Source: a bacterium
GTDB lineage: Bacteria; SAR324; NAC60-12
Direction of reading: 5' to 3'
Assembly (NCBI GenBank): GCA_965205865.1
Contig: CBDBHR010000029.1
Coordinates: 32,001 to 96,000, forward strand
Length of the DNA stretch: 64,000 nt
Part shown: piece by piece, positions 21,625-32,400 of the stretch
How positions within the stretch are numbered: position 1 is the first letter of the stretch
How the letters are laid out: every line of letters begins with the position of its first letter
The notes under the pieces: generated by a model
The model's database searches: none
The model's input: the letters and a program-made list of their open reading frames with translations, nothing else
Told to the model about the DNA's origin: nothing
Position numbers and translations under genes: made by a program

Positions 21625-22647
21625 ATGAAATTTGTCGATTCTGTAAAAATTCAGGTGCGTTCCGGCAACGGAGGGGCAGGTTGCAGTTCCTTTCGACGCG
21701 AAAAATACGTACCACGAGGAGGTACGGATGGCGGGGATGGGGGCAATGGAGGCAATATCATATTCCGTGGAGATCCTCATAAAAATACATTACTGGATTT
21801 GTCATTCAATCAGCACCAGCATGCTGAAAACGGACTGGCAGGAGCCGGGAAAAATCAGCATGGGAAAAATGGGCAGGATCGCCGAATTCCGCTTCCTTTG
21901 GGGACGATAGTCAAAAATTCTGAAAGCGGAGAAACACTTTTAGAAATCATAGAAGCGAAATCCTACCTTTTTTTGGAAGGTGGAAAGGGAGGCGCCGGCA
22001 ATACCCGGTTTAAGTCTTCGACCAATCGGGCTCCCGAATATCATCAGCCTGGAAAAGAAGGACAGGAGCTTTGGGTGCGTTTGGAAGTGAAATTGATGGC
22101 TGATGTGGGATTGGTTGGTTTGCCAAATGCCGGAAAATCCACCTTCATCCGTACCATCTCTCACGCCCATCCCAAGGTCGCAGACTATCCTTTCACTACT
22201 CTCATTCCCAATCTTGGAGTGGTCCGAACAGAAAACTTTGAAACATTTGTGGTGGCGGATATTCCGGGAATCATCGAAGGAGCCCATGCCGGCAGCGGCT
22301 TGGGAGATCGTTTTTTGCGTCATATCGAAAGAACGTCGATTTTGGCAATTTTGCTCGATGTTACAGGATTTTCAAAGCATTCCCCCTTAGATACCTACCA
22401 TATTCTGCTCAATGAGCTGCAATTGTTCTCGTCGTTGCTCAAAAAAAAACCACGATTGATGATTCTGACCAAGCTCGATGCGGTTTCTGATCATGCGGAA
22501 CTACAGATGCTTGTGGAAAAACTGGAATCACTGGGAGAAACAGTTTTTACAATTTCAGCGGTGACCGGGAAAAATTTACAGCCGCTATTGCAGTTCCTGG
22601 CAAAATCAGTTAAGAAAAATAAAACCAAAGTAAGCTCGGTTCCCTGA
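21625..22647 (+). CDS. obgE: GTPase ObgE/CgtA
   Basis: FVDSVKI..GNGGAG..FRREKY, GLPNAGKST, YPFTT, DIPG and TKLD motifs. Confidence 0.97.
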   Translation: MKFVDSVKIQVRSGNGGAGCSSFRREKYVPRGGTDGGDGGNGGNIIFRGDPHKNTLLDLSFNQHQHAENGLAGAGKNQHGKNGQDRRIPLPLGTIVKNSESGETLLEIIEAKSYLFLEGGKGGAGNTRFKSSTNRAPEYHQPGKEGQELWVRLEVKLMADVGLVGLPNAGKSTFIRTISHAHPKVADYPFTTLIPNLGVVRTENFETFVVADIPGIIEGAHAGSGLGDRFLRHIERTSILAILLDVTGFSKHSPLDTYHILLNELQLFSSLLKKKPRLMILTKLDAVSDHAELQMLVEKLESLGETVFTISAVTGKNLQPLLQFLAKSVKKNKTKVSSVP

Positions 22648-23378
22648 TTTCGCAAAAACCATTTTGTGAGAGATCATCCCCAATCCTTTCTCTGTTCAAA
22701 GCAATCCTCCCAATCCCTTTCCAGCCAACAATTAAAAAAAAATCAATCGCCTCCTTAGGAACAAACCTTAAATAACCTGTAATTCTTCCAATCGTGTGAG
22801 CAAAATTGGGGGATATGTACACCGCTGCGCATCCCAACTCTACTGTTTTATGCCTGCTGTTACGTGTCCCCTAATTTTGCGAATCCATACTTCTAACTTA
22901 TTTAAATTTCATTCCTTAGCAGACTTCATCGATTTTATTTTATAATTTTTTTTGCGAATCCTGCATTTTTTCATCCAGAGCTTGAAGCTGCGTAGTAGTG
23001 CTAAAATCATGCCTTGTTGTTTTGGGGAAGGAGAGGTTTCCCACTCGTTCGATTCAAAATTAGCTGTGGGAAGGTTCCTGCTCGATCGATTGAACAATAT
23101 CGTGAGAGAACGTGAAAGCGATGGATCCTCCCGGGAATCTTTTTCAACGTTATTGAACTGAACGGCTTCTGACTGTCCCCGGATTTGAGCGGATTTATTG
23201 ATTTCTATTTTTTTTTGCGAATCCTGCATTTATTTTACCTCAGGGGGTTGACATTGTGTTGTTGTGCTAGTATCGTGCCTTCACTGAGTTGTTTTAGTGA
23301 ATGAGAGGGTTCCCGATCGATGGAACAATATCGCAAGAGGAATTGAAAACGATCGATCCTCCCCGGGAATCTTTTTTA

Positions 23379-23468
23379 AACGATATTGAACTAAACGGGT
23401 TTTTCAGAGACCTGAATAGTTACAACGATATTGAACTAAACGGGTTTTTCAGAGACCTGAATAGTTAC
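23379..23468. repeat. Perfect 45-bp tandem duplication ending in an IS66-like end (CCTGAATAGTTAC)
   Basis: AACGATATTGAACTAAACGGGTTTTTCAGAGACCTGAATAGTTAC occurs twice. Confidence 0.9.
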
Positions 23469-23685
23469 CTTTCAAGCTCAGAAAAGGCGCTGAGTGGTTA
23501 CGATTTTTGATCATTTGAACAGGAGAAAAATTATGCAAATCAATAAAAATAACAGAAAGTACAGTTCAATCCTGCTGGCCCCCCTCATGGGGCTAACCGT
23601 AGCAGACGTCGTGTCTGCTGCGAAAACCCGATTCGCCCCAGGGCGGGTGAATCGTTCTCAACACCCTCAACCAAAAGAGGTCATT

Positions 23686-25518
23686 ATGGGTATGATGAAA
23701 AAACTTGTCGCCTCCCTCGTGGGGCTGAACCCGGCAGGCTTCTGGTCTGCTGCAAAAATGCAATTATTGTTGTTAACCCTCATTGTGAGCATCTTTGCCT
23801 TCGGGGAGAGTCTGACCGCTGCCCTTGCGGCAGAGATGGTCTGGGACCGCACCATCCGCAAGATGGTGGAAGCGCCTCGGTATGGCGGAACCTTGACCTA
23901 CGCCAACAATAATGAGGCGCCAAATACTGACCCCTCGATTGGGGGGGCCGAAGCGGGATTTGCCATTTCGGGGGTGCTTGAGAAACTCAGCATCGCGGAC
24001 TGGGCCATCGACCGGAAGGTGAATGACCTGGGAAACGAGTTCCTGGCAGATGATCACTATGCACCAGCGCTGGCTGAAGGTTGGGAACAACCCGACCCCA
24101 CTACGTATATCTTCCACATCCGTCAGGGGGTGCGTTGGCACAATAAAGCCCCTTTGAATGGTCGAGAATTTACGGCACAAGATGTCGAATATAACTATCA
24201 CCGTTTAACGGGAACAGGCAGCTTCAGCGAACCTCCCGGCGTTACCCAACTACTCCCCGCACTGGAATACGAATCGATCCGGGCGACCGACAAATATACC
24301 GTTGTCATTAAGTTGAAGAAACCCCGCCTCGATGCGCTGACGGTGCTCATCGAAGACGCCTATGCCTTTATGGCCCCTCCCGAGCTCATCAAGCAGGACG
24401 GTAACACTGCGGATTGGCGGAAGCTGGTCGGCACCGGACCGCTGATGCTGACCGACTGGGTCGAAGGAAGCTCGATCACCTGGCAGAAGAATCCCGACTA
24501 CTGGGGGGTCGACGAGAAGTTCCCACAGAACCGCTTGCCCTATATTGACACCTTGAAGAGCTTGATCATACCGGAAGAAGTAGCCCGCGTCGCGGCTATG
24601 CGCTCGGGGAAAGTGGATTATATCGGTCACCAATCCAGATCGGCCCTCAAAGTCCCCGACATAGTGGAGAGCCTCCTGCGGACCAATCCCGACCTCAAAG
24701 TGCATGCGTATTATTTTCGCTCGAATGCCGGGATGGGCTATGACGTGACCAAGCCGCCCTTTAACGACATCCGGGTGCGCAAAGCCATGCAACTGGCCCT
24801 GGATCTCGAGACCGTCAACAAGACCTTTTATAAAGGATTATCCATTGTGACCCCGCAAGGGCCGACTGGGCATTTTCAGACCCAGTTTACGGTCCATTAT
24901 GATCAGTGGCCTGAGGAACTCAAAGCGGGCTATCGCTACGACCCGGAGGCGGCAGAGAAGCTGCTGGATGAGGCCGGCTACCCGCGTGGCGCGGATGGCA
25001 TTCGCTTTTCGACGAAAATGGATGGCGCCAAGCACAACGGCTTCATTCTGGATTATTGGGCCATCGTCCAGGAATACTGGCGCAAAATTGGCATTCAGTC
25101 AGAAGTGACGGTCCATGACATAACAGATTGGGTCGCTCGGGTTCGAAACCATACATTTGAAGGCATGACCTGGACGATTGCGGCCGGCCCCTATCACCCT
25201 TTATCTGGTCTGGAATCATATTACACCGGCGCCACCTGGAACCGCGGTCAAGTGGATGATCCCCAATATAATGCCCTCTATGATGCGATGAGAGCCGCGA
25301 CCACCCTGGAGGAACTGGGGAAGTACTCCAAAGAGGCCAATCTGCGTATCGTTGCGCAGCACTGGCAGCTCTGGGGGCCTGTCGAACCCTCGTATAACTT
25401 CGCCCAACCCTGGATCAAAGGGTATAACGGAGAATTCTATATGGGGGTCTGGAACAAAAATGCCGCCTACGTCCGCTTCTGGATTGACCAGGATCTGAAG
25501 AAGCAAATGGGCTTCTAG
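23686..25518 (+). CDS. ABC transporter substrate-binding protein, family 5
   Basis: PRYGGTL, LAEGWEQPDPTTYIFHIRQGVRWH, GTGP and PFNDIRVRKA motifs. Start uncertain. No permease genes adjacent. Confidence 0.9.
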   Translation: MGMMKKLVASLVGLNPAGFWSAAKMQLLLLTLIVSIFAFGESLTAALAAEMVWDRTIRKMVEAPRYGGTLTYANNNEAPNTDPSIGGAEAGFAISGVLEKLSIADWAIDRKVNDLGNEFLADDHYAPALAEGWEQPDPTTYIFHIRQGVRWHNKAPLNGREFTAQDVEYNYHRLTGTGSFSEPPGVTQLLPALEYESIRATDKYTVVIKLKKPRLDALTVLIEDAYAFMAPPELIKQDGNTADWRKLVGTGPLMLTDWVEGSSITWQKNPDYWGVDEKFPQNRLPYIDTLKSLIIPEEVARVAAMRSGKVDYIGHQSRSALKVPDIVESLLRTNPDLKVHAYYFRSNAGMGYDVTKPPFNDIRVRKAMQLALDLETVNKTFYKGLSIVTPQGPTGHFQTQFTVHYDQWPEELKAGYRYDPEAAEKLLDEAGYPRGADGIRFSTKMDGAKHNGFILDYWAIVQEYWRKIGIQSEVTVHDITDWVARVRNHTFEGMTWTIAAGPYHPLSGLESYYTGATWNRGQVDDPQYNALYDAMRAATTLEELGKYSKEANLRIVAQHWQLWGPVEPSYNFAQPWIKGYNGEFYMGVWNKNAAYVRFWIDQDLKKQMGF

Positions 25519-25779
25519 ATCATCCTTCTCATTTTCCCCCTCTTCCACCAGGGGAGAGGGGACTTTCTCACCATAAAATATCAATCATTATGGCGAACAA
25601 TATATGAGCTTCCAAGTGGCAGGCGGTAAGAAAAAAAAGGTTTTCTCTCACGAATAGTCCGACATTCCCACTCCTTAGTTGTCGTGGAATGCCGCTTCGT
25701 CTGACTGGCTGGGTCTTAGCAGACGGAGAACTCATTCGGACAGCTAGCCCCCGCAAAATGTGTCAGTCTTCGCTCGATG

Positions 25780-25854
25780 CGCTAACGTTTGGATAACCTT
25801 ATTCGAGGGAAGCGAAAAGCGCCCCCTCGAATAAGATTTATCCACTGGTTCGCA
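25780..25854 (-). other. Putative attC site
   Basis: Minus strand reads TGCGAAC-spacer-GGATAAATC..hairpin..GGTTATCC-spacer-GTTAGCG, an imperfect palindrome with an extra base in the first arm. Confidence 0.7.
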
Positions 25855-26135
25855 AATTTTGTATTTTCTCTTGTTTCTTTAAAATGTCCTTTTCGCCCTT
25901 AAAAAGGGTGTTCTAAGCCCTGTTTTCGGTCTGTATTTTTTCAAAATATATTTTATATTAGAGAGTTACGGGAAATCATTTGGTCCGACCCCTGATTCCT
26001 GATTCACCTGATTCTCTGATTCTACTATAATGTTGAGTTTTCCATAAAGGTTATTTATAACTAGTTTTATTATTTTGTATGCGAAATTATTACAAATATT
26101 GTTATAATCATACTTAGCAGTTAAACTAATGTTAA

Positions 26136-26384
26136 GGAGATCGCAAGAACAAATTTCACCCATATTTTCTAAACAGTGTCTTAAAAAGAAGACCCTGTTT
26201 AACCAAAGAGATCTGTATTAGAATTGTTGAATCTTCAATTGATGCAGAAGAACAAGAAGACGGACGATTCCGTTTTTGGGGATTTGTTCCGGAACCAGGA
26301 ACTTATTTGAGGGTTATTACCGAAGCGGATCTAGTAACAATCTTCAATGCTTTCAAAGATCCTGATTTTAACCCAAAAATTTAA
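26136..26384 (+). pseudogene. Type II TA toxin (partner of DUF2283), start codon lost
   Basis: YFLNSVLKRRPCL..EQEDGRFRFWGFV..YLRVI..TIFNAFKD, immediately upstream of the DUF2283 gene. Confidence 0.65.
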
Positions 26385-26393
26385 AGAGGACAT

Positions 26394-26624
26394 ATGAAAT
26401 TAGAATATTATCCTGAAGCTGACGCTCTTTATATTGCATTAAAGAACGAATGCAAAAGCGTAGACTCTAAAGAAGTCTCAAAAGGAATTGTGCTGGACTA
26501 TGACAAAGATGGAAATGTAATAGGAATTGATATTCATAGCCAAGCGAGTCAAAAGGTTGATCTTGATAGTATCAACTTTGATAAATTTTTTGAAGCTAAA
26601 CAAGAAAATGCAGAAGTTGCATAA
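26394..26624 (+). CDS. DUF2283-family antitoxin
   Basis: MKLEYYPEADALYI..GIVLDYDKDGNVIGIDI. Confidence 0.88.
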   Translation: MKLEYYPEADALYIALKNECKSVDSKEVSKGIVLDYDKDGNVIGIDIHSQASQKVDLDSINFDKFFEAKQENAEVA

Positions 26625-26657
26625 TCTGTTTTGGAAATCATTCAGAACCAAAGTAGC

Positions 26658-27637
26658 GACGCGGTAGGAATGCCAGTTACCCGGCACCCCCCGCACAGAT
26701 CCCCGCATGAAGTTTTCCCTCACGGGGCTCCTCGGTTGTACTCGCTTCCGCTCAGCGTCTTTCTAAAACAACAGTATGCAGACGTTTCTTTAAGAACGTC
26801 TGATGAGTTTCGCTTTGTACGTCTTCTCTTTCAACCGCCTCTCTAAATCAGAGAGATTGTCTAAAAGATTTTGAGAATACTCCCTCGCCGTTACTTTGTC
26901 TACTCCGCTGGCTGCCTGCTTATTGAGGTGCTTCCAGCCTTCATAGAGCAACTCTCGATTGAGTAATCCGTAGAGATTTCTAAAGCGATGTTGCTTATTA
27001 GAAGCCGCTGTGATTGCTATACCCCTCAGTGAGGTTGGCTTATGTTTATCCGATCCAGCATTGTCCGGCATAAGTTGCCTTTGATAGGTTAAGTACTTCC
27101 GTCAGGTCCTTCCCCCTGTAGTAGGCTCTCCCTACCTCAGAGTACTACGCCTGATTCGCCACCCTGAAACCAAATGGCTTTCCCCATTAAGGTAATTCTC
27201 ATTCGACCTGTAAAAACAGGCTTCTTTTCAGGGCTTCCCAAGTTCTTGTCCGCATCTTTACTTACATGCCATAGTCTAAGGTGGACCCCGGTGGCCCTTC
27301 ACATCCTCGCCATTGACGGATGCTCTTGTGTTGGCTTCGGCATTCGTTAACACCCTCGCCGACCACGACTACTTGTTTCGAGGCTGTATCAACTTTCAGG
27401 AGGCGGCTCTCCCTACGGCCTGCAAGTTTCTCTGTGTACGCTTCGTGTATCTTGTTCGGATAACCGGTGCCTCTCATGGTGGATTGTCGATCGAGCCGAC
27501 TACCAATGTCCTTTGAGTATCCGGGTGATACCCACAAGATTTCCCGGTAGAGCCTCCGCCATACACGCAACACTCGATACGGGTGACAGGCTAGGTCTTA
27601 CCCGACGGGGACTTGCACCCCGCAAGATGCGCCAAGC
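26658..27637 (-). mobile_element. Group II intron, internally deleted (IIB-like)
   Basis: Domain V/VI GAGCCCCGTGAGGGAAAACTTCATGCGGGGATCTGTGCGGGG..CCTACCGCG. 5' region CTTGGCGCATCTTGCGGGGTGCAAGTCCC. Contains an RT stub. Confidence 0.88.
26790..27071 (-). pseudogene. Group II intron reverse transcriptase, N-terminal (RT0) stub
   Basis: TSLRGIA..HRFRNLY..AASGVDKVT..NLSDLERRLKEKTYKAKLIRR, then a stop. No YADD motif. Confidence 0.9.
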
Positions 27638-27758
27638 TGAGCGTGCAGAACCCCAAATCTAAACTCGGCAAAATTGATAAACTTTCAAATTTCTAAGAAA
27701 CTCAGAAAAAACAATCATTTGCGCGGATTTTTGCTACGTCTCTAGCGGTTTGTTAGGC
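27636..27758 (-). other. Putative long attC site, with its R' end separated by the intron
   Basis: GCCTAAC-AAACC-GCTAGAGACGTAGCAAAAATCC pairs with GGGGTTCTGCACGCTCAGC, leaving extrahelical bases. Confidence 0.6.
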
Positions 27759-27795
27759 TACCTCTTTTCTGACGCCACAAAATTTTGTATACTAA

Positions 27796-28053
27796 TTATG
27801 CGGCAACATCCCATTGCGCAGCTTTCGACACACGAACATATTCATCTTCATGTAACCAATGAACAACATCCGAATAAGTTGGCGAACTATAAGCTACTTC
27901 ATAGTTTTCTTTGGGATCATAAACTTTAAATTGTTTATCCTCATTGCCAACGATTAGAACATAAGGAGGATAAGCTGTTTCATCAACCCAATATTCACAG
28001 GCTCCGATTAACTTATTATCTTCATGTGTTTGGTTTGGTACGTGGGATGACAT
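27796..28053 (-). CDS. Small acidic protein, immunity-protein-like
   Basis: 85 aa, EYWVDE..PYVLIV..YDPKENY..WLHEDEY. Overlaps the upstream gene. Confidence 0.55.
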   Translation of the reverse strand: MSSHVPNQTHEDNKLIGACEYWVDETAYPPYVLIVGNEDKQFKVYDPKENYEVAYSSPTYSDVVHWLHEDEYVRVSKAAQWDVAA

Positions 28054-28384
28054 GGTATTCCTTTCTTTTATTAATTTTCATTTCTGCGTAATGGAGGGGA
28101 AGCACATTACCATCCAGATCAAAACGATAACCGATTTGCTCTTTAAACATAAGTCCAAATCGTTGGTGTCCTCGAATCCATCCTGAAAAACACCCTTGCT
28201 GAGAAATTAATTCTGTAACATATTTTAGTTTTGATTCATCATTAAACACATGAATTTCACCTTAATTTTTCAATTTTTTTTGACTCTCCAATATGTTTGG
28301 AAGGTGTTTTCTTGTATGTTTTTCCGATTTAAAAATGGAATCATGAATTCCTGTTCCTGTTTTTCCAACAATCGTATATTTCAT
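28022..28384 (-). pseudogene. Small basic protein with one in-frame TAA (toxin-tip-like)
   Basis: MKYTIVGKTGTGIHDSIFKSEKHTRKHLP..KN*GEIHVFNDESKL reads in a single frame. Confidence 0.5.
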
Positions 28385-28436
28385 AGTGATTCAATGATCA
28401 TATCATACAGAATTTCTCGCACTCAATTGTTTTTTA

Positions 28437-28512
28437 GCCCAACGTCCGGGATAACCATATTCGAGGGGGCGCTTTTCGCTTCCCTCGAATACGGTTTATC
28501 CCCTTGTTCGCA
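28437..28512 (-). other. Putative attC site
   Basis: Minus strand reads TGCGAAC..GGATAAACC..GGTTATCC..GTTGGGC (a perfect GTTRRRY). Homologous to 25780-25854. Confidence 0.72.
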
Positions 28513-28546
28513 AATTCTGGTTTTCTTTAAACAATTATTAATATCA

Positions 28547-29441
28547 CCTAAATTGAGCGATTCTGAAAAAGGATCAGATTTTCAAGATGATTTTTTTGCC
28601 TGAGAAAGGCAATCATTCTGAAATCAGATTTATATCATCAAATCCATGGATGTTTGAGTGAGAATGAGCATCAAAATGCTGTTTTCAGATGTGGAAAGTC
28701 TTCATTTCTCATGTTTTGGACGCACTTATCTCCTTAAACTTTAATGTTTTTGTTTTTTAATTGAGGCGAAACCCGTTGATCAGATTGGCGTCAATGCGTG
28801 CTGGCAGGTGGCAAATAGTTGGTCCAATTGCAAGCGCTCAAAGGTCGTTTTGGGTATTTTCAAGATCAGTTTTCCGGCATGACGAAGCAGTTTGCCTGCC
28901 GTATCAAGAAACTGGCGCCGGAAGGAATCAGCATACATCGTTACCGCAATCACTGGCTTGCTGACATCTTCTTTGAAGGCTTCGAAGAGGTTATTGCCAA
29001 GCAGCATCAGGTAGTAGCATGCGGTATTGGAAATGAAGTCCTTGAAGGGTAGTTGTTGATGACCAAAGTTTTTCAGCGCCCGGTTGGCCAGTTCATCCTT
29101 TCCCCGTCCGTGGTACGAGCCAAGGATGCTATGAGCATTGATGCGCTTTTTATTTTTACGCATCGAAGCAAACATCCTTTCGATGATCGGCATCAGCCGA
29201 ATGTTTTGCAGATACTGGGCAAACAAGGCCAATCCGGCACGACTTGTCAAGTGTTCATCGGTTGGCTGAATGGCATCAATTATCTGTTTCTTTTTATCCT
29301 GAACTGTTATATTTTTTTCCATAAAGCTCTCTACTTGTTGGGTTGTGTTAGATTTTGTCGTGATATTGTTTTTACTCACTGAAATATAACATATTTTCCC
29401 CAAGGTTGGGAGCTTTTTTATTACGAATCGCTCAACTTAGG
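28547..29441 (-). mobile_element. IS1380-family element, internally deleted
   Basis: Inverted repeats CCTAAATTGAGCGATTC / GAATCGCTCAACTTAGG. The ORF joins the N-terminus LTSRAGLALF to the C-terminus YHGRGKDELANRALK..LPF. Confidence 0.85.
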
Positions 29442-29495
29442 GATAAGAAATATTCAAAATTTGGGGATGAAGTGATTTATGAGAGGACATTCTGT

Positions 29496-32400
29496 TCAAT
29501 GGACATCAACGTCGGAGAGGTTGAACTCGGGCAGGGTATTGATGATGCGCATGGTTTCGATGCTGACATGGATAATCCGCTTGATGGCGGTTACCAGATC
29601 TTGCGGGTGTTTGAACCGGGCGTTGGGATCGTTGACGATGCCGCTTTGCTTGTCCTTTATGATGCGGTAACGGTCGATGAACCACTGCAGCGGTGTTTTC
29701 CCGTTGACCTGATAGCGATGCGCGGCAGCGGGAATGCCCTGCAAGCTCACGTGCTCGTTGATGCGAAGGGTGGTTTTTTCGTTGTCGAGGAAACGCATTT
29801 TCTGGTGACCGATGCGAAAATGCTCCGCTCTTGCCTCTCCACCGTGCGCGCACTTGATTGTCAACGGGTATTCCTCACAGGTTTCGTAACCGAGGTGGAG
29901 GGTGGCCAGATCATGCCCGGCTTGGGCAAACGAATGAAAATCCGTTGTGAATGGAATGCGTGGTAACTCTTTGGTCAAATCGTTAGCAAATTGATTCCCA
30001 TAACCAGGAGAGTGCAGGAACCCGTAAACATAGTCGAAAATCTGGTCCTTGTCGATCGAGTCATCTTGATAATGCATGCGAAATTCTGCGCAATGCCGTG
30101 TCCGTGATGTTATCGATACGATCCAGTATTTGTCCTAATCCCGGGTTCGCTCCCTGTCCTTCCATCACTTTCGAATACTCATACCGAGGAAAGCACTGTC
30201 CAAAACCGACAAAGTGGAGATCCGGTATCGAATCGACCATGAGCACGGAAAACGAGGTAGTTGATCCAATTCCCGGTACGCAGATTGCGCGGTTTTCAGT
30301 CGAAACGTGCGGGAAAATGCGATCAAGTTGGTACTTGTTGTTCACTAGTGTGTCGCTCTTTTATTAATGTGTAAATAATTCCTTGGTTTGCTATACTACG
30401 AGCTGTCTTTTTTTTTTCATAAATGGAGACAGCATGAGAAAAGCACCAAGTATAAAACTGACCCGGGAAGAACAGGATGAATTGAGCAAAACCGCACGCC
30501 GTCAGACCGGAGCGATGAGAGACACTCGTCGTGCGCACATCATCCTGTTGGCTGCTGATGGCCTTAAGAATCAAGAGATTGCCAAAACGCTTGGAACCAG
30601 CGGTAATGCCGTTGGAAAGTGGCGACGGCGATTTGTTGAAAAAGGAATAACAGGTCTCAATGATGATCCGCGGCCTGGCAGGACACGCATTTTGGAGCGG
30701 ATAAAATCGAGGAGATTGTGAAGAAAACCATTGAAGAGAAGCCTGAGGACCGTACCCATTGGAGCACGCGATCGATGGCCAAGGCAGTTGGCGTAGGCAA
30801 GACAACCGTCGGTAAAGTATGGAAAGCCCATCGCCTCAAGCCTCATCTGGAAAAAACATTTAAGTTGTCGCATGATAAGCATCACTGCGAAACTGAAAGA
30901 TGTCATCGGAAGGTACATGAATCCTCCTGAGAAAGCGCTGGTCTTGAGCGTCGATGAGAAAATCACAAATCCAGGCACTCGATCGCACCCAGCCAGGTCT
31001 TCCACTGAAAGAGGGCGCAATGGCACCAGAACTCATGATTATATCCGTCATGGCACCTGCTGTCTGTTTACTGCTTTGAATACGCAGACAGGGAAAGTGC
31101 TCGCTCGCTGTGAAAAACGGCACCGACACCAAGAGTATCTGCGCTTCCTGCGTCTTATTGACAAGTCTTACCTCGAAGCAACTGCAGGTATCACTTGATC
31201 CTGGACAATTACGCCACCCACAAACATCTTAAGGTGAAAGAATGGCTCAAAAAACACCCGCGATTTCACCCGCATTTCATTCCTACTTCCTCCTCATGGC
31301 TGAAATGGTGGAACGCTTTTTTGGCAAGATCACTGCAGAACGGATTCGACGAGGCGCCTTCAAAAGCGTCCTCGAGTTGACCAAGCCATCATAGTTACAT
31401 CGAGACACACAATCGAAACCCAAAACCCTATGTCTGGACTAAAACTGCCGAAGAAATTATCGACGTACTCAAACCTGTCTACCAAATAACCAATAATACA
31501 ATGTATTAAACAGGCAATACACTAGCACATATTCAACATAGCAATGCTGCTTGACAAATGGATCGGTATGGAGATTCTCTTATCTTTTTCAGCTCGAAGA
31601 AAATTTTCTTTTCGCTTTTCAAATTATTCCAATTTGATCCCATCGAAGATGTGAGGAAAACAATTGTGTTACTTCATAGAGGGTCAAGTCACGATGATCT
31701 CTGTTAGCTAGTATCGCTCCCAGATAGTCTTTGTTGCCAATTGTGCGTTTTGCGCGCAAGCATCTTGAGAAAAATTGTACAGATACGCATCTCTGCTGGT
31801 ATTTAATCCTTGTGAATACAAATTGAAAACAGCATCGTCAGTCTTGCCTGCCTTGGCGTCCTTCGACCCCATTGGAAAGAAGCGTTGGAATGCTTCATTA
31901 CGCAGGCCCACCCAGTCGTGATGTCGATCAGGCGTAATCGTTTGCCAGTCATTAATACCAGCAATTGACCCTGTATTACTCAGTATTTCTAGTTTCTCAT
32001 CGCGTTTGAGATAGTCACCAACATCGTGGTAGAGGATACGATGATTTACGCGATTGACATGCGGATTACGGACGAGAAGGGTGATGGCGACTGGTGCTCG
32101 TGAGCCCTGGCCAAATGCATTATCACCTTCTGAACGTCTGAGTTCACCTGACGTTCTAGCATTCCCCCGCAGGTGCAGCACATAAATGGAGCTGAACTCT
32201 TCTGCCAGGCAGGCCCGGACACCGGAATCCGCATTGCCATCGACCCAGGAACCGTTGGTCACAAAGGCGATAACGCCATGTTTACCAATCCGGTCCGAGG
32301 CCCAGCGGATGGCCATCTTGTAGGTGTCGTAGAGGCTGTGTTTCAATGATACTGTAGAACGAGCGACATACGTTTCACTGACGCGACTTTTCAACTCAGG

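Noticed and set aside
23560-23670. c-di-AMP (ydaO) riboswitch before the ABC binding protein
   Set aside because: Only isolated words match, and the conserved order and pairings are missing.
26790-27071. DGR or retron reverse transcriptase system
   Set aside because: The RT stub lies within group II ribozyme domains. No adenine-specific TR/VR pair or msr-msd was seen, and the ISP copy differences are not A-restricted.
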